A stretch of DNA of 64,000 nt from Carcharhinus longimanus (GCA_030264375.1 JASCQW010000130.1:25875010-25939009), one strand, 5' to 3'; shown: positions 1-11,970, numbered from the stretch's first letter. The notes: a model not told the origin generated them from the letters alone. A program made the numbers and translations.

Positions 1-380
1 GCAAGACCTCCCTGCTTTTATACTCCATCCCTCTCGCGATAAAGGCCAACATTCCATTTGCCTTCTTGATCACCTGCAAACTGAGTGTTTTGCGATTCAT
101 GCACAAGGACCCCCAGGTCCCTCTGCACAGTAGCGTGTTGTAATTTTTCACCATTTAAATAATAGTCCATTTTACTATTATTCCTTCCAAAGTGGATAAC
201 CTCACATTTGAGTTGTGTTTCAGCCTCAAACACCAATTTAAGCAGTGAATTCCAGATGTCTGCCACCCTGTGGGTGAAAAGGTTTTTCCTCATGACCACG
301 CTAATCCTTCTCTGTCAGATGAATGCCCCTGATAATTGATCCCTTAGCTAGCAGAAATAAGTATTTACTGTCTACCCTAA
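1..380 (-). mobile_element. CR1-type LINE fragment (RT C-terminal region plus 3' portion)
   Basis: Minus-strand translation includes KCEVIHFGRNN..YYLNGEKL..VQRDLGVLVHES and FTHRVADIWNSL, typical of CR1 ORF2. Confidence 0.85.
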
Positions 381-710
381 ATGATTTCTCTATTCATGCA
401 AGGAATGTGGGTTTTGCTGGCTAGGCCTGCATACGTTGCCCATCCCTAATTGCCTGCATATGTTCTAGATTGGTGTAGAATTCACTATCTTTCCTGGTAC
501 CCCACTTGCTCGTTGCTTTAAATTTGACGGTCCAGTCCTAATTAGGACTCAAAGTTGTACACGGATGTTGGAAGTTTGCAGGGGCTGATGCTGTTTGGCT
601 GCAAGTTTGCAATGCTTTTTCTTGTAATTACAATTTCTACATTAACACCAAAGGATAACTAATACTGTCACCACCACTGAAAATCATTACAAGCAATTTT
701 CCCAGACATA

Positions 711-2375
711 CTGGCTGGAATTCTCCCAAAAAATTCCAAATGTTCATTTGGAATACTGTGTGCAATTCTGGTCACCCTACTATAGAAAGGATATTATTAA
801 ACTAGAAAGAGTACAGAAAGGATTTACTGGGATGCTACTGGGACTTGCCGGTTTGATTTAGGCTGGATAGACTGGGACTTTTTTCCCTAGAGCGTAAGAG
901 GCTTACGGGTGATATGATAGAGATCTATAAAATAATGAGGGGCACAGATCAGCCAGATCATCAATATCTTTTCGCAAAGGTAGGAGAGTCTAAAACTAGA
1001 GGGCATAGCTTTAAGATGAGAGGGGAGAGATACAAAAGGATCTGGTGTTGCAATTTTATCACTCAGAGAGTGGTGTCTTGAAAGAGCTGCCAGAGGTGGT
1101 AGTAGAGGCGGGAACAATTTTGTCTTTTAGAAAGCATTTAGATAGTTACATGGGTAAGATGGATACAGAGGGAGATGGGCCAAATGTGGGTAACTGGGAC
1201 TAGCTCAGTTATAAAAACTGGGCGACATGGACAAGTTGAGCTGAAGGTCCTGTTTCCATGCTGTTAAACCTCTATGACTTTAGGTGAATTTGCATGAAAA
1301 CTGGAGTAAATCACACTGGTGTTTTCAGTGAGAGTTCAGAGAAGAATCTCCCACACTCTGTGCATTGCTGAGTGCATGAGTGTGAATCACACTGAAATTC
1401 AGTGAGCCTATTCCTGCTGGAGAGGCTGGCAGCATAGCACTGAGTGGGCTTCTACGCATACGCTGATTTCTCAGCATTGAGATCGGTGGTCCCACACTGT
1501 CGGCCAGTCCACTGGCCAGTCCTGCAACCCTGACATCACCGGCCGTGCAACTCCCCCCATGGCCAGGCCTGATCGCTGGCCCCTGACCATGTCCGGCCCA
1601 ACCTCCACCCTACCCTCTCCTGCAGCCCCAACCTCCTGCCTCCTGCTCCTATCACCACCCGCACCCCCCCCCCGCCCCGCCCCGCCCCGACACCAGCTGC
1701 CATGAACCCCCCCTCCTTGCAGTCCTGATGCCCCCCCCCCCCCAAAAAAGAATGGCACCCCCACCCCAATAGCTAGCCTTGATCGCTGACCTCCCTCCCT
1801 GCCCCACCGATCCTGACTGCAGAGTGACGGTGGGAGCACTCACCCCAACCGATTGTCTCCCATGTGCCCCACCCCTTGGCATTGCCCACGAGACAGTGCC
1901 TGGGTGCCCCCTGGCATTAGCACTATACCCCTTTGGCAATGCCAAGGGGCCCAGGCTGGTATTGCCAAGGTGCCAGTGCCCAAGGGGCACCACCTTCCTG
2001 CGGCCCGATCCTCTGCAGGGCCCCGATTGCCCCCTCTCCACTCCAGCTGGGTCGGGCCATCAGTTCCCTGAAAGTGGGGAACTATAGTAACCCGCTGGAG
2101 TGAAACATTCTGCTGGGATGGGTGGTGGGGGTGGGGGTGGTGAAGGATACTATCGGGCTCAGAGATTTNNNNNNNNNNGAACACATTTAAAATATATGGT
2201 AATGTGTATTACCATAATTTATGTGACTCCCCACTGATTTCTGGCATGGGTGTGACAGCACCGGGAACCCAGCGCTGGGAGATGCTAGCGGGCCTGGGAC
2301 ACCCAGTGCGGATCCCGCACACCGGGCGCTGCTGGGATCTCCCAGCCAGCTGCACTAAAAGATTTTCAGGAGATC
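711..2375. mobile_element. GC-rich non-autonomous TIR-type element interrupted by the CR1 at 745-1279
   Basis: Terminus-like ggctggaattctccc at 713, a C-rich body resuming after the CR1, and ending near gattttcaggaga. No credible ORF. Confidence 0.5.
745..1279 (+). mobile_element. 5'-truncated CR1 LINE 3' end
   Basis: Encodes HLEYCVQFWSPYYRKDIIKLERVQK and ends in a CTCTATGACT-type tail. Near reverse complement of the copy at ~37245-37800. Confidence 0.9.
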
Positions 2376-2394
2376 TGATTCACTGCAGTTAAAG

Positions 2395-2712
2395 GGGAGC
2401 TGGTAGAAGCTTAGTAGCTTTCTTACTGAACCAGTAATCCAGAGACCCAGACCAATGCTCTGGGGCCCTGTGTTCACAGCTGATGACGATATTTGAATCC
2501 AACAGAAATCAGGAATTAAAAATCTAATGTTGATCATGAAACTATTGCCAATTGTCGTAAAAACACAGCTGGTTCACTCGTGTCCTTTAGAGAGGGAAAT
2601 CTGCTGTCCTCCAAGTGACTGCAGATCCATAGCAATGCAGTTGACTCTTAAATTAGAAATGGGCATTAAATGCTGGTCTGACCAGTGATGCCTACATCCC
2701 ATGAATGAATAG
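2395..2712 (+). mobile_element. tRNA-derived SINE with LINE-like ...CATCCCATGAATGAAT tail (family B)
   Basis: Shares ctggttcact..gtcctttag..ggaaatctgc and aaatgctgg..catcccatgaatgaat with copies at 8425, 33615, 40475(-) and a fragment at ~392-455(-). Confidence 0.75.
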
Positions 2713-4309
2713 ATCAAAATAGTTAGCGAAGAAACCTGTATTTGAAGTTCCTCAGGTGTTTGAAAATATTTATTGCTAAGTGCCCAATTAGTCGGAACAG
2801 ACAAGTCAAAATTTGCAGTTTACATTATTAGTGTTAAATCTGGTATTGTTCCCGGGCTGTCTCAGTGCACTGTGTAGAGGCCTGGTGGAACAAAAGCCAA
2901 GGGGAAGGCCCCAGTGCCACAGCAGTCTGCAGAAAGTGGGACAGACATGTTGGCCGGAGTTTTACTGACACACTCGCCCCTGCCCAAGCGAGATTGTAAA
3001 AGAGGATCAGCCGTTGTGTAGGGATTCCTGTGTTAATAGGAGCTACAACATGTGCTAGAAATGTTGTTTTCTGTGAGAAATTGTTGTCATGGTATTTTTC
3101 AGATATATTTTGTAAAGATTTTGTTGGTGTGATTTGTTTCTATATAGTTTAGACAGGTAAAACCTGTGGCAAACATTAATGAATTGTGGTTTTATGTCCA
3201 GACTATTGGCACTTGGTGAAATGCCCGGACTCAGAAGCCTTCTACATTTTAAGATTCATTCACAATATCAGTTACTGTTTCTGCACAATCTTTTTTAGTA
3301 CGAAATCATTGACCTAATCTGGCAAAAAAAAGTGTTATTTGCTGGTTTTAGGTACAGACCTGTTGTGGTCACAGATGTTCCAGCAGGTGAAAGAGTGATA
3401 AGAAGTTTTACAGTCCTCTACTAGCAAGTAAAATTCCTTTCCCATTGCCTTCTCACCCACTCCAAACTGCCTGCAGTTTTACGTGTGATGGGCAAGGCCT
3501 AAGGCAGGGTCCCTGCCTGTGCCTCAAATTGAGGGCCTTAAATAATCACCACTGGAGGGCTGCTTCCTGCTTGGTTTCCATTTTGAGGCAAGTGGGAGAG
3601 TTTCAGGGGTAAGAGGGAATCCTGACAAGTTGCCCTGCTTGGGCCTGAGGTGAGAACAGCTGGGGGGAGGGGGTGGGGTGGGGGGTCACCTCCTTCAGTA
3701 GCTGTCTTCCCGCATTGGGAAACTCTCTCCTTTGCAAAGCCTGTTTCTTGTGGTGCACCCTGCCACCCAAACTACCCCACCTCGCTGTGAAACTCTCCAC
3801 ACTTCACTGATTTTTGTAAGCAGAAGAAATCTGGCCATTTTCCCCACATTGTGGGGTAAATACCAGTGTTGCAGCTGTACTGGAACAGGTTGGCTGGGGG
3901 TGCGGCTAGTTTTACAGCACAAGTTTTCAGTACTGTGACTGGGAGGTTTTCAAAGGATACAGCAAAAGCCGTGTGCCATGTGATCAGAGGTTGCAAGCCT
4001 CGTGCTAGATTTTGCGTGGGGACAAGGCACAAATTAATTTTAAATAACTAATCGATCGCATGCATTAAAATATTGGAGAGAACAATGGCATACAGACTCA
4101 TTGTTTTACATTGCATCTTACATTGTATTTTACAATGTCCACTGGAACAGCACCAGCTGAGATCAGTTAATCAGCACAAGCTCACAATTGAACCTGGGAT
4201 ACCTGGACTGTGTAGATCAGTCTGGATCTGGATCTGTTGAGCGTGGGACCAAGTAACTGGTTTGTGAAATGCATTTGATTGAAACCCCACTTTGTCTTCC
4301 CTATTTCAG

Positions 4310-4468
4310 TTCAACAATCAAGCAAATTCTGTCAGCTGCTTCAGACATCTTGTGCAAGCCAATGTGAGGAACAAGAAGGTCCTCAAAGATGCAGTGAACA
4401 AAATACAGGCGAAAGGAATCACTGACTATAAAAAAGGGTTTACGTTTGCTTTTGAGCAATTGTTAAAT
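4310..4468 (+). CDS. CACNA2D1: CACNA2D1 internal coding exon (159 nt; ~human exon 11), VWA domain
   Basis: Splice sites ttcag|TTC...AAT|gtaagt. Translates [53 protein letters not shown], close to mammalian alpha2delta-1 [53 protein letters not shown]. Confidence 0.97.
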
Positions 4469-4748
4469 GTAAGTAGCATCATTTCTGCTCCCAAATGATT
4501 GCATGGATGAAACTACATCGAATTCAATTCTGAAATTATGCTAAATGCTTAGTAGTCATATTCAGTTTTAAATCCATAGAGTTGAATGCGAAGAATGCTG
4601 GATAATTTCAAATTTAGAAAAAATGAGTAAACATCAGTGTTACAATTGNNNNNNNNNNNNNNNNNNNNNNNNNNNNNNNNNNNNNNNNNNNNNNNNNNNN
4701 NNNNNNNNNNNNNNNNNNNNNNNNNNNNNNNNNNNNNNNNNNNNNNNN

Positions 4749-4935
4749 AGTCCAACAAGTTTCTATGGGATCATGGGCTTTCGGAGTGCTGCTCCTTTAC
4801 TCAGGTGAGTGACTCACCTGATGAAAGAGCAGCAATCTGAAGGCTTGTGCTACCAAATAAACTTGTTGGACTTGAACCTGATGTTGTGAGACATCTTACT
4901 GTGTTTACCCCAGTCCAATGCCGGCATCTCTGCAT
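4749..4935. mobile_element. Head-to-head palindromic Penelope-like terminal repeat with hammerhead-like core
   Basis: tcaggtgagt-g-actcacctga centre at 4811; arms agtccaacaagttt / aaacttgttggact; CTGATGA at 4818. Confidence 0.75.
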
Positions 4936-5395
4936 CATGATCAATGAGCAGTTAAGGGACAACTCAGTTCATATTCTCATCAATGCAGCAACCTAAAAAC
5001 AAAATAAATTCAGATACTCCAAATAAATTGGAGTTGTATTTGAGACACTCTTATATAGAATCAGAGAGCAGACTTCGACGGCCTCCCTGATGTTCTCCCA
5101 TCCACCCTCAACTTGTCCCATTATTGCCTATTCTCCTGGTCTATAGAGAACATGTAAATGCCTCATCCTGCCCTGCCTGCTGCCATTTTACCCTCATCGG
5201 GGGTAGACAATATCTTGGCAGATTTTACTGGGTAAGCTGGTGTTGGGCAGGAGGAGTGGGGGTGATAAGGCATCATGCAGCCCACCTTAGGCCTATTCGG
5301 ACTCCAACTCCAGAGATATACAGTTAATGTTTTGAGACCAATATGACTCTTCTTTGGAACTGCTTGTATTAATGTTCCCTATTCTTCCATTGCAG

Positions 5396-5500
5396 TTCAA
5401 TGTGTCCAGAGCTAATTGCAACAAGATAATTATGCTATTTACGGACGGTGGTGAAGAGAGAGCCCAGGAAATCTTTACAACGTATAACCAGGACAAAAAA
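5396..5500 (+). CDS. CACNA2D1: CACNA2D1 coding exon (105 nt; ~exon 12), VWA domain including LFTDGG MIDAS aspartate
   Basis: Splice sites ttgcag|TTC...AAA|gtaagt. Translates [35 protein letters not shown], phase 0-0. Confidence 0.97.
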
Positions 5501-5959
5501 GTAAGTGTCCATAAAAATATTGCTTTTGACAGAAGAATGCAGTGGCTATTAAAATTGATATTTACACAGTTGGGATGATTAAAACTTACCTTCGTGAATA
5601 TAGCTCCCATGCAATCTACTGTGACCCAAATAGAGGGCAATTTTTGTCTTGCTTGCAAAAGTTAACGTATTGGGACCAGATTTAAATTTTTTTTGGCCAA
5701 TAATTATTCAGCATATCTTAAAAACCTAAAGTGAGATATTCCCAAAATAATAATGTTGTAAACCTGCAAATGTAAACGCTTCCCTAGAGATGAATAATTT
5801 TTCTTAATTAGAAAGTGAAACAATAAATGGAGTCAGACTAATCTCTCTGCAGCATAGTTCTTTGAACTACTGTAACAATAACTCTTCAATATAATGATGC
5901 AATGTAATGAATGCATCCGTGAGTCAAATGTGTTATCGGAGATATTGGTGTTAACGTTC

Positions 5960-6110
5960 ATAAGGACATAAGAACTAGGAGCAGGAGTAGGTAATTCAGC
6001 CCCTCGAGCCTGCTTCATCTTTTAATACGATCATGGCTGATCTCATCTCGGCCTCAACTCCACTTAACTGTTCATTCACCATAGCCCTTCAAATCCTTGT
6101 TAATTCAATC
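5960..6110 (-). mobile_element. CR1 3' tail fragment
   Basis: cataag repeats followed by gaactaggagcaggagtagg; reverse complement of the tail at ~26215-26312. Confidence 0.75.
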
Positions 6111-6161
6111 TGTCTTTCGCTGGCCCATAACTTAAATAAAAACAAGGTGCTTGGTACACAT

Positions 6162-6460
6162 GGGCAGCGTGGTGGCACAATGGTTAGCACTGTTGCCTTT
6201 CAAAGCCAGGGATCCAGGTTCGATTCCTGGTTTGGGTCACTGTGCGGAGTTTGCACATTCTCTCTGTCTCTGCGTGGGTTTCCTCCGGGTGCTCTGGTGT
6301 CCTCCCGCAGTCCAAAAGACGTGCTGGTGAGATGCATTGGCCCGTGCTAAGTTCTCCCTCAATGTACCTGAACAGGTGCTGGAACGTGGCGACCAGGGGA
6401 TTTTCACAGTAACTTCGTTGTAAGCTTATTTATGACACTAATAAATAAACCTAAACTTAA
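6162..6460 (+). mobile_element. HE1/V-SINE-like tRNA SINE, tail type 2 (…gacactaataaataaac)
   Basis: A box tggcacaatggttagc, B box ggttcgattcc, V-domain-like gtggagtttgcacattctc...gggtttcctccgggtgctc. Confidence 0.85.
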
Positions 6461-7149
6461 CTTAATGGTAGAGTATGTAGAACAGACTTCATTGATATCT
6501 AGTGATTGTGACATTGAGACAGTGATTGACTGAACTGTGTACAGAGAGAGCAGTTTTCTGGTTTCTGTATCCTTTGAGTGACCTGAAAAACTATTGAAAA
6601 CCATTCTCTTTAACACCCATATTATGCCTACATCAGAGGTATGTGTCACAACTAAGACAAACATTACCCTAGACACTAATATTACACTACAATTACCAGT
6701 GTTACTATTGCACATTTCCTTGCATAAGAACTTATATTAACATTTAGGCCAGGATTTTCCTCTATCAGCAAAGGCCAATCTCTGGAAAAAGCAGCGTTTG
6801 TCTGTGGCTTCCTCAGCTGTGTAGGACAGCGTTTTGAAAAGAGAAGTTCAAGTCATGGGTTCCGTGACACATTGCTGGCAGGACAGCTTTTGATTCGTTC
6901 ACCTTGCTGGCAACTTCGAAGCCATGAGCATCGGGGCACGATTTTCAAAGGCCGAGTCAGGGCAAAATGAGCAAACCAGCTCACCTGGCTACCCCACTGC
7001 CACTGCCTGGGCATCTCGCAGCACCATCTGGACACCATTTGTGCACTGCCTAGGGCTGAGCTGTCTGGGTGAGGGGAGGAGGGGCGGTGCCAGGCTAAAA
7101 TTCAGACATGATTCTACTCCCTCTCAATGCTGCACTCACCTGAGCTCCC

Positions 7150-7822
7150 CTGGAAGCCTTCAGAACTTCAGGCTCCTTCTTCAGGTGTGTTCACAAACAG
7201 GGCATGTAGACACAAACTCAATTTACAAAATAATGGTTGGAGTGCGAGACTTTACAGGTAAGCAAGCCTTAAAGGTACAGACAATGTGAGTGGAGAGAGG
7301 ATTAAGCATAGGTTAAAGAGATATGTATTGTCTCCAGACAGGACAGTTAGTGAGATTTTGCAAGCCCAGACAAGTCGTGGATGTTACAGATAGTGTGACA
7401 TGAACCCGAGATCCCAGTTGAGACTGTCCTTGTGTGCGGAACTTGGCTATTAGTTTTTGCTCAGCAACTCTGCGTTGTAGTGTGTCGAGAAGGCTGCCTT
7501 GGAGAACGCTTACCAGAAAATCAGAGGCCGAATGCCCATGACTGCTGAAGTGTTCCCTGACTGGAAGGGAACAGTCTTGCTTGGTGATTGTCGAGCAGTG
7601 TATATTCATTCGTTGTCGTAGTGTCTGCATGGTCTCCCCAATGTACCATGTCTCGGGACATCCTTTCCTGCAGCATATCAGGTAGACAATGTTGGCTGAG
7701 TTGCAAGAGTGTGTGCCGTGTACCTGGTGGATGGTATTCTCATGTGAGATGAAGGCACCCGTGTCGATGATCTGGCTCGTCTTGCAGAGATTGCTGTGGC
7801 AGGGTTGTGAAATATCGTGGTC
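7150..7822 (-). mobile_element. Penelope-like retroelement 3' part with GIY-YIG endonuclease
   Basis: ORF 7313-7864(-): SANIVYLICCRKGCPETWYIGETMQTLRQRMNIH...VREHFSSHGH...RRVAEQKLIAKF, a GIY-YIG pattern. A related copy lies at 42278-42580. Confidence 0.88.
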
Positions 7823-7823
7823 T

Positions 7824-7990
7824 TTGATCGAACCCAAGATGGGATGCAATGTCATCTTATTCACATGCGCTCCAACACGCGAGGATGTGTGCAGTATAGC
7901 AGTGACTCTAGATAATGCTTGGATCTGGTTTGTCCCTTATGTGGGGACCATGATTAAACTTAATTTGGATTGGTTTTCTGAATAGAATTG
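7824..7990. repeat. Unclassified interspersed repeat (also at ~9430-9555 and ~49540-49690)
   Basis: Shared blocks cccaagatgggatgca, gcgctccaacacgc.aggatg.gtgcagtatag and gtggggaccatgatt. Confidence 0.7.
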
Positions 7991-8424
7991 AAGTACCATT
8001 AAAAAAGAGTGAAAGTCCTGTCAGAGTGGCCACCAGCAATTGAGATCGCAGTTGAGAGGAATTTACACTCGAGGTGGATTGGGGTCCCGGGATGGCAGTG
8101 AACCAGATTACTTGTGTGAGTGCACTCTTCACTGAACATTTTCGAGGAACTGATGGGGCTGCGAGCAATCAGTGTTCACATTACTTTTTATAGGACCCTT
8201 ATTCCCATCCTAAAAGGGGACGTTCATTGAATCAGGCAAGTGCTTTGGCGCTGTCGGTAGGCTCCTTGTAAAAAAAAAGTACAGGCCGGGACCACATTTT
8301 GAGGCTGCATTGCCCCATTAATACAAGGTGAGGCAGGAACTGGCTATCTGCAGCCCAGTTTACAAATTCACTGATTTAATCAGCAGGCACAGTTGCCCCT
8401 GAGAACAGGAGGACGTTCTACTGA

Positions 8425-8640
8425 ATGACCACTAAACCATCTGTGAGTGTTGGGAAAACCTGTCTGGTTCACTAATGTTCTTTAGGGAAGGAAATCTGCC
8501 GTCCTTACCTGGTGTATCCTACATGTTGCTCTAGAGCCACAGCATCGGCTCTGAACTGCCCTCCAGAGGCAACTAGGGATGGGAAATAAATGCTGGCCAG
8601 TCTGCGAAGCCCATGTCCCATGAATGAATGAAAGAAAGAA
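8425..8640 (+). mobile_element. SINE family B, 5'-truncated
   Basis: ctggttcactaatgttctttagggaaggaaatctgccgtccttacc...gggcaactagggatggg...cccatgaatgaatgaa. Confidence 0.8.
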
Positions 8641-9961
8641 ACGTTTTGTTACAGAGAGTGATGTAAAAACAATTAAAATTCACTGTTAACTTTATTTCGT
8701 CCTTTTACACATTCACCATGTCACATTAGAGCATTCATCAACTCAACCTTCTGCAACATAGAGAAAGGTATGAGGTCAAATGAACGTTATAATTTTCAGT
8801 TCACATAAAATGAGATTTCATTTATCAGTGGTTAAAGTGAAGGAGCTCAGAGCGCTGCATTCTGCTCAGTCTCTCCATCTCTAACACTGTGTGGGTTCAT
8901 AGTTCTTGGTATATTGTTCAGGCTCTGGATAACTGTTGTGCTACATCCTGAGGGTCATGCTGCTGTGTGCCTAGATATAGGGCAATGAACATGAACTCCT
9001 AACTGTAGAAGACTGCTTGTAGTGTCCAGTGACATTAAACCCCAGAGAATTTCTAGTGAGAACCTGGGATTTGTGCTATTCCCTCTGAACCAAAGTGTGA
9101 TGTTATGTACACACGACCCAGTAATAACGCATTGTCCTTGTGGCTGTATTTACTCACATACTCCCTTGTGAATTCCTGGAAATTAGAAAGACTCTAATGG
9201 TCTCTGGTTTCAGCTAGAAATGACAGAACAGATTTATGAGCGCAGTAACAATAGACAATACAACACATTTATCTAAATCTTTTCAGCACAAAAGGTGAAA
9301 CCATTGTTTATTCCATCTCTTACAGACCTGAGGGGGTTTAATTTAAACAGTCCTGATTCCTCCCCTCTCCGTGAACAGAAGGGTGTTTTAGTTTTTTATT
9401 TCTGCCTTTTTAAGCAGTGGCATATTCCCCAATCCCTCTGCTCTGGTGCGATCCAATTTTTTTATTAATAACCCCACAGCAAACTCAAGATAATGTAAAC
9501 TCGGAGAGGTGGTTTATTCACAAGCGCTCCAACACGCAAGGATGCGTGCAGTATAGTCTCCTATTTTACTCATACATTAAAGAGGTGTGGTCAGAGAAAG
9601 GAAGGTTTAGCAGCAAAGACTGGAGAATAAAGAATTGATTTGATTCAGTCTGGAGACAAGAATCAAAGTCCAAAGGTGTATTCTTTCATAGAGTTTGGCA
9701 GGATGAAGACTGGTACTGGATAATTCACATTTTCCAGTAGAGATGACTTCCACAATGGGATAGCCAAAGAGAGATGAATGAGTTTTGTAAGTGATGGTAT
9801 AGAAGTTCAGATGTTCCAGCAGAAACAGTATAGATGAGGACTGGCATTTACCGGGACAGGGACCGAGCTCGAGCACTTGTTCTGAGCTGTTGCTTGCTGG
9901 ATGAAAGATGGCTGACTAACTGACTGTACAGCAAGCAGAGTAAGGAAGCGGATGAGGAACA

Positions 9962-10084
9962 GTGTGATGATGTGACCCTGTCTGTGTACGGGGCGGTGTG
10001 ACGGTGCGACCCGGTCTGTGTACGGGGCGGTGTGACGGTGCGACCCCGTCTGTGTACGGGGCGGTGTGACGGTGCGACCCTGTC
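9962..10084. repeat. 34-bp GC-rich minisatellite running into an assembly gap
   Basis: Unit gtacggggcggtgtgacggtgcgaccccgtctgt starts at 9986, 10020 and 10054, followed by an N gap at 10085-10669. Confidence 0.92.
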
Positions 10085-11393
10085 NNNNNNNNNNNNNNNN
10101 NNNNNNNNNNNNNNNNNNNNNNNNNNNNNNNNNNNNNNNNNNNNNNNNNNNNNNNNNNNNNNNNNNNNNNNNNNNNNNNNNNNNNNNNNNNNNNNNNNNN
10201 NNNNNNNNNNNNNNNNNNNNNNNNNNNNNNNNNNNNNNNNNNNNNNNNNNNNNNNNNNNNNNNNNNNNNNNNNNNNNNNNNNNNNNNNNNNNNNNNNNNN
10301 NNNNNNNNNNNNNNNNNNNNNNNNNNNNNNNNNNNNNNNNNNNNNNNNNNNNNNNNNNNNNNNNNNNNNNNNNNNNNNNNNNNNNNNNNNNNNNNNNNNN
10401 NNNNNNNNNNNNNNNNNNNNNNNNNNNNNNNNNNNNNNNNNNNNNNNNNNNNNNNNNNNNNNNNNNNNNNNNNNNNNNNNNNNNNNNNNNNNNNNNNNNN
10501 NNNNNNNNNNNNNNNNNNNNNNNNNNNNNNNNNNNNNNNNNNNNNNNNNNNNNNNNNNNNNNNNNNNNNNNNNNNNNNNNNNNNNNNNNNNNNNNNNNNN
10601 NNNNNNNNNNNNNNNNNNNNNNNNNNNNNNNNNNNNNNNNNNNNNNNNNNNNNNNNNNNNNNNNNNNNNTGCATCGAATGCGAGGTGCTGCCAGCTGCCC
10701 TTGTGTCCCAGCTGATTATCTTAATTTGACATATTTTAGGTGTGCTGAAGAGCTTTCTACTACTTTTGCTTAGTGATAATGACTTGAAAGTGAGAATTGG
10801 ACATTGCTATGAAGGAACCCCTCAAAACAGAGCAGCTAACATTGAAAACTTTCTCAGTGTTAGCAAATACACATTGGATGAATCAACACCACTTCAAACT
10901 CACTTTTCTTATTCAATTTGCAAATTTAGTTAATTTTAAGCCATCAACCATTGTGCTTTGTTGCATTCATCCACTGCGATTCTGGAGGAGAATGGACACA
11001 CACTGGCTTTTTTGATCTGTAAGTGTAAAGCTAAGTGTCTTTGTCTAAAATAACAAGGCTTTATCAGTTCTATGAACTGCTGTAGCTATTCCCAGACATA
11101 CAGTGATGTTGTCTTTGTTCTTTTGTTGTGATTGTATACAATGTCATTTGGATCTAGACCCATTGAGCATGAACTCTCTAAACTGGCAGCCAAGGACTCT
11201 TCCAGTAACTAAATTTTTCGGAGAATATTGTGTGACATAGCTTGTTTTAGGCCTGCAAGTAACTGGAAGTTTGATGTGGTCTTTGCTGTTGATATTAGAT
11301 GTGGAAAAAACAAACATTGCCACATGGCCACAGTTACTGTAACTTACAGTGAGAGCCACCAACAGTATTATATTGATATGATTCTTACAATAC

Positions 11394-11915
11394 GCAGCAG
11401 GTCTGGCAGTATCTGTGGAAAGAGAAACAGAATTGATGTTCCGCTCAATGATCTTTCATCGAAAATGGGAAAACTAATAGGTTTTAGGCAAGATGAGAAC
11501 GGAGGAAGAGCAATAGGGATGAAAGAGGAGGGGTAATCAATGAAATTGAAGATAGGGATGCAGAGATAAAGGAAGTTCTACTGGGACATGTAAAGAAAGA
11601 AGGCAGAACGAAAGCAAAAATGAGTAAAACTGAAACCTGCAAAGATCAGGGAAGCAAAATTGATGCAAATTACGTTTTGAAATTGTTGAACATAGTGATG
11701 TGTCCAGCAGCCTGTGAAATGCCTAAAGATGAGAGAGCCATACTTAGTGGAAGCCAGGGCTTTGCCTGATAGCAAAGTAAAAACAAAATGCCACTGATGC
11801 TGAAGGTCCATAACTCTTTGAAGAAGAATCAAATTCGACCTGGAACGTTAACTCTCCACAGATGTTCCCAGACCTGCTGAGGTTTTCCAGTCCTTTCTGT
11901 TTTTGTTTCTGGTTT
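11394..11915. mobile_element. Penelope-derived element with inverted termini and purine-rich interior
   Basis: Left cagcaggtctggcagtatctgtgga pairs with right tccacagatgttcccagacctgctg; degenerate TGAAGA...GGAAC core at ~11818-11846. Confidence 0.6.
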
Positions 11916-11969
11916 AGATGTCTGGGCTGACGTCTCACATCTGGATGATGTGGATGATTTTGCCACATA

Positions 11970-11970
<1 letters not shown>

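Noticed and set aside
1471-2184. Overlapping Gly/Pro-rich ORFs on both strands
   Set aside because: Low-complexity GC-rich repeat body with few stop codons; no recognisable protein or splice context.
9962-10084. CRISPR-like array (34-bp periodicity)
   Set aside because: Units abut directly with no unique spacers, there are no cas genes, and the context is a vertebrate intron; it is a minisatellite.
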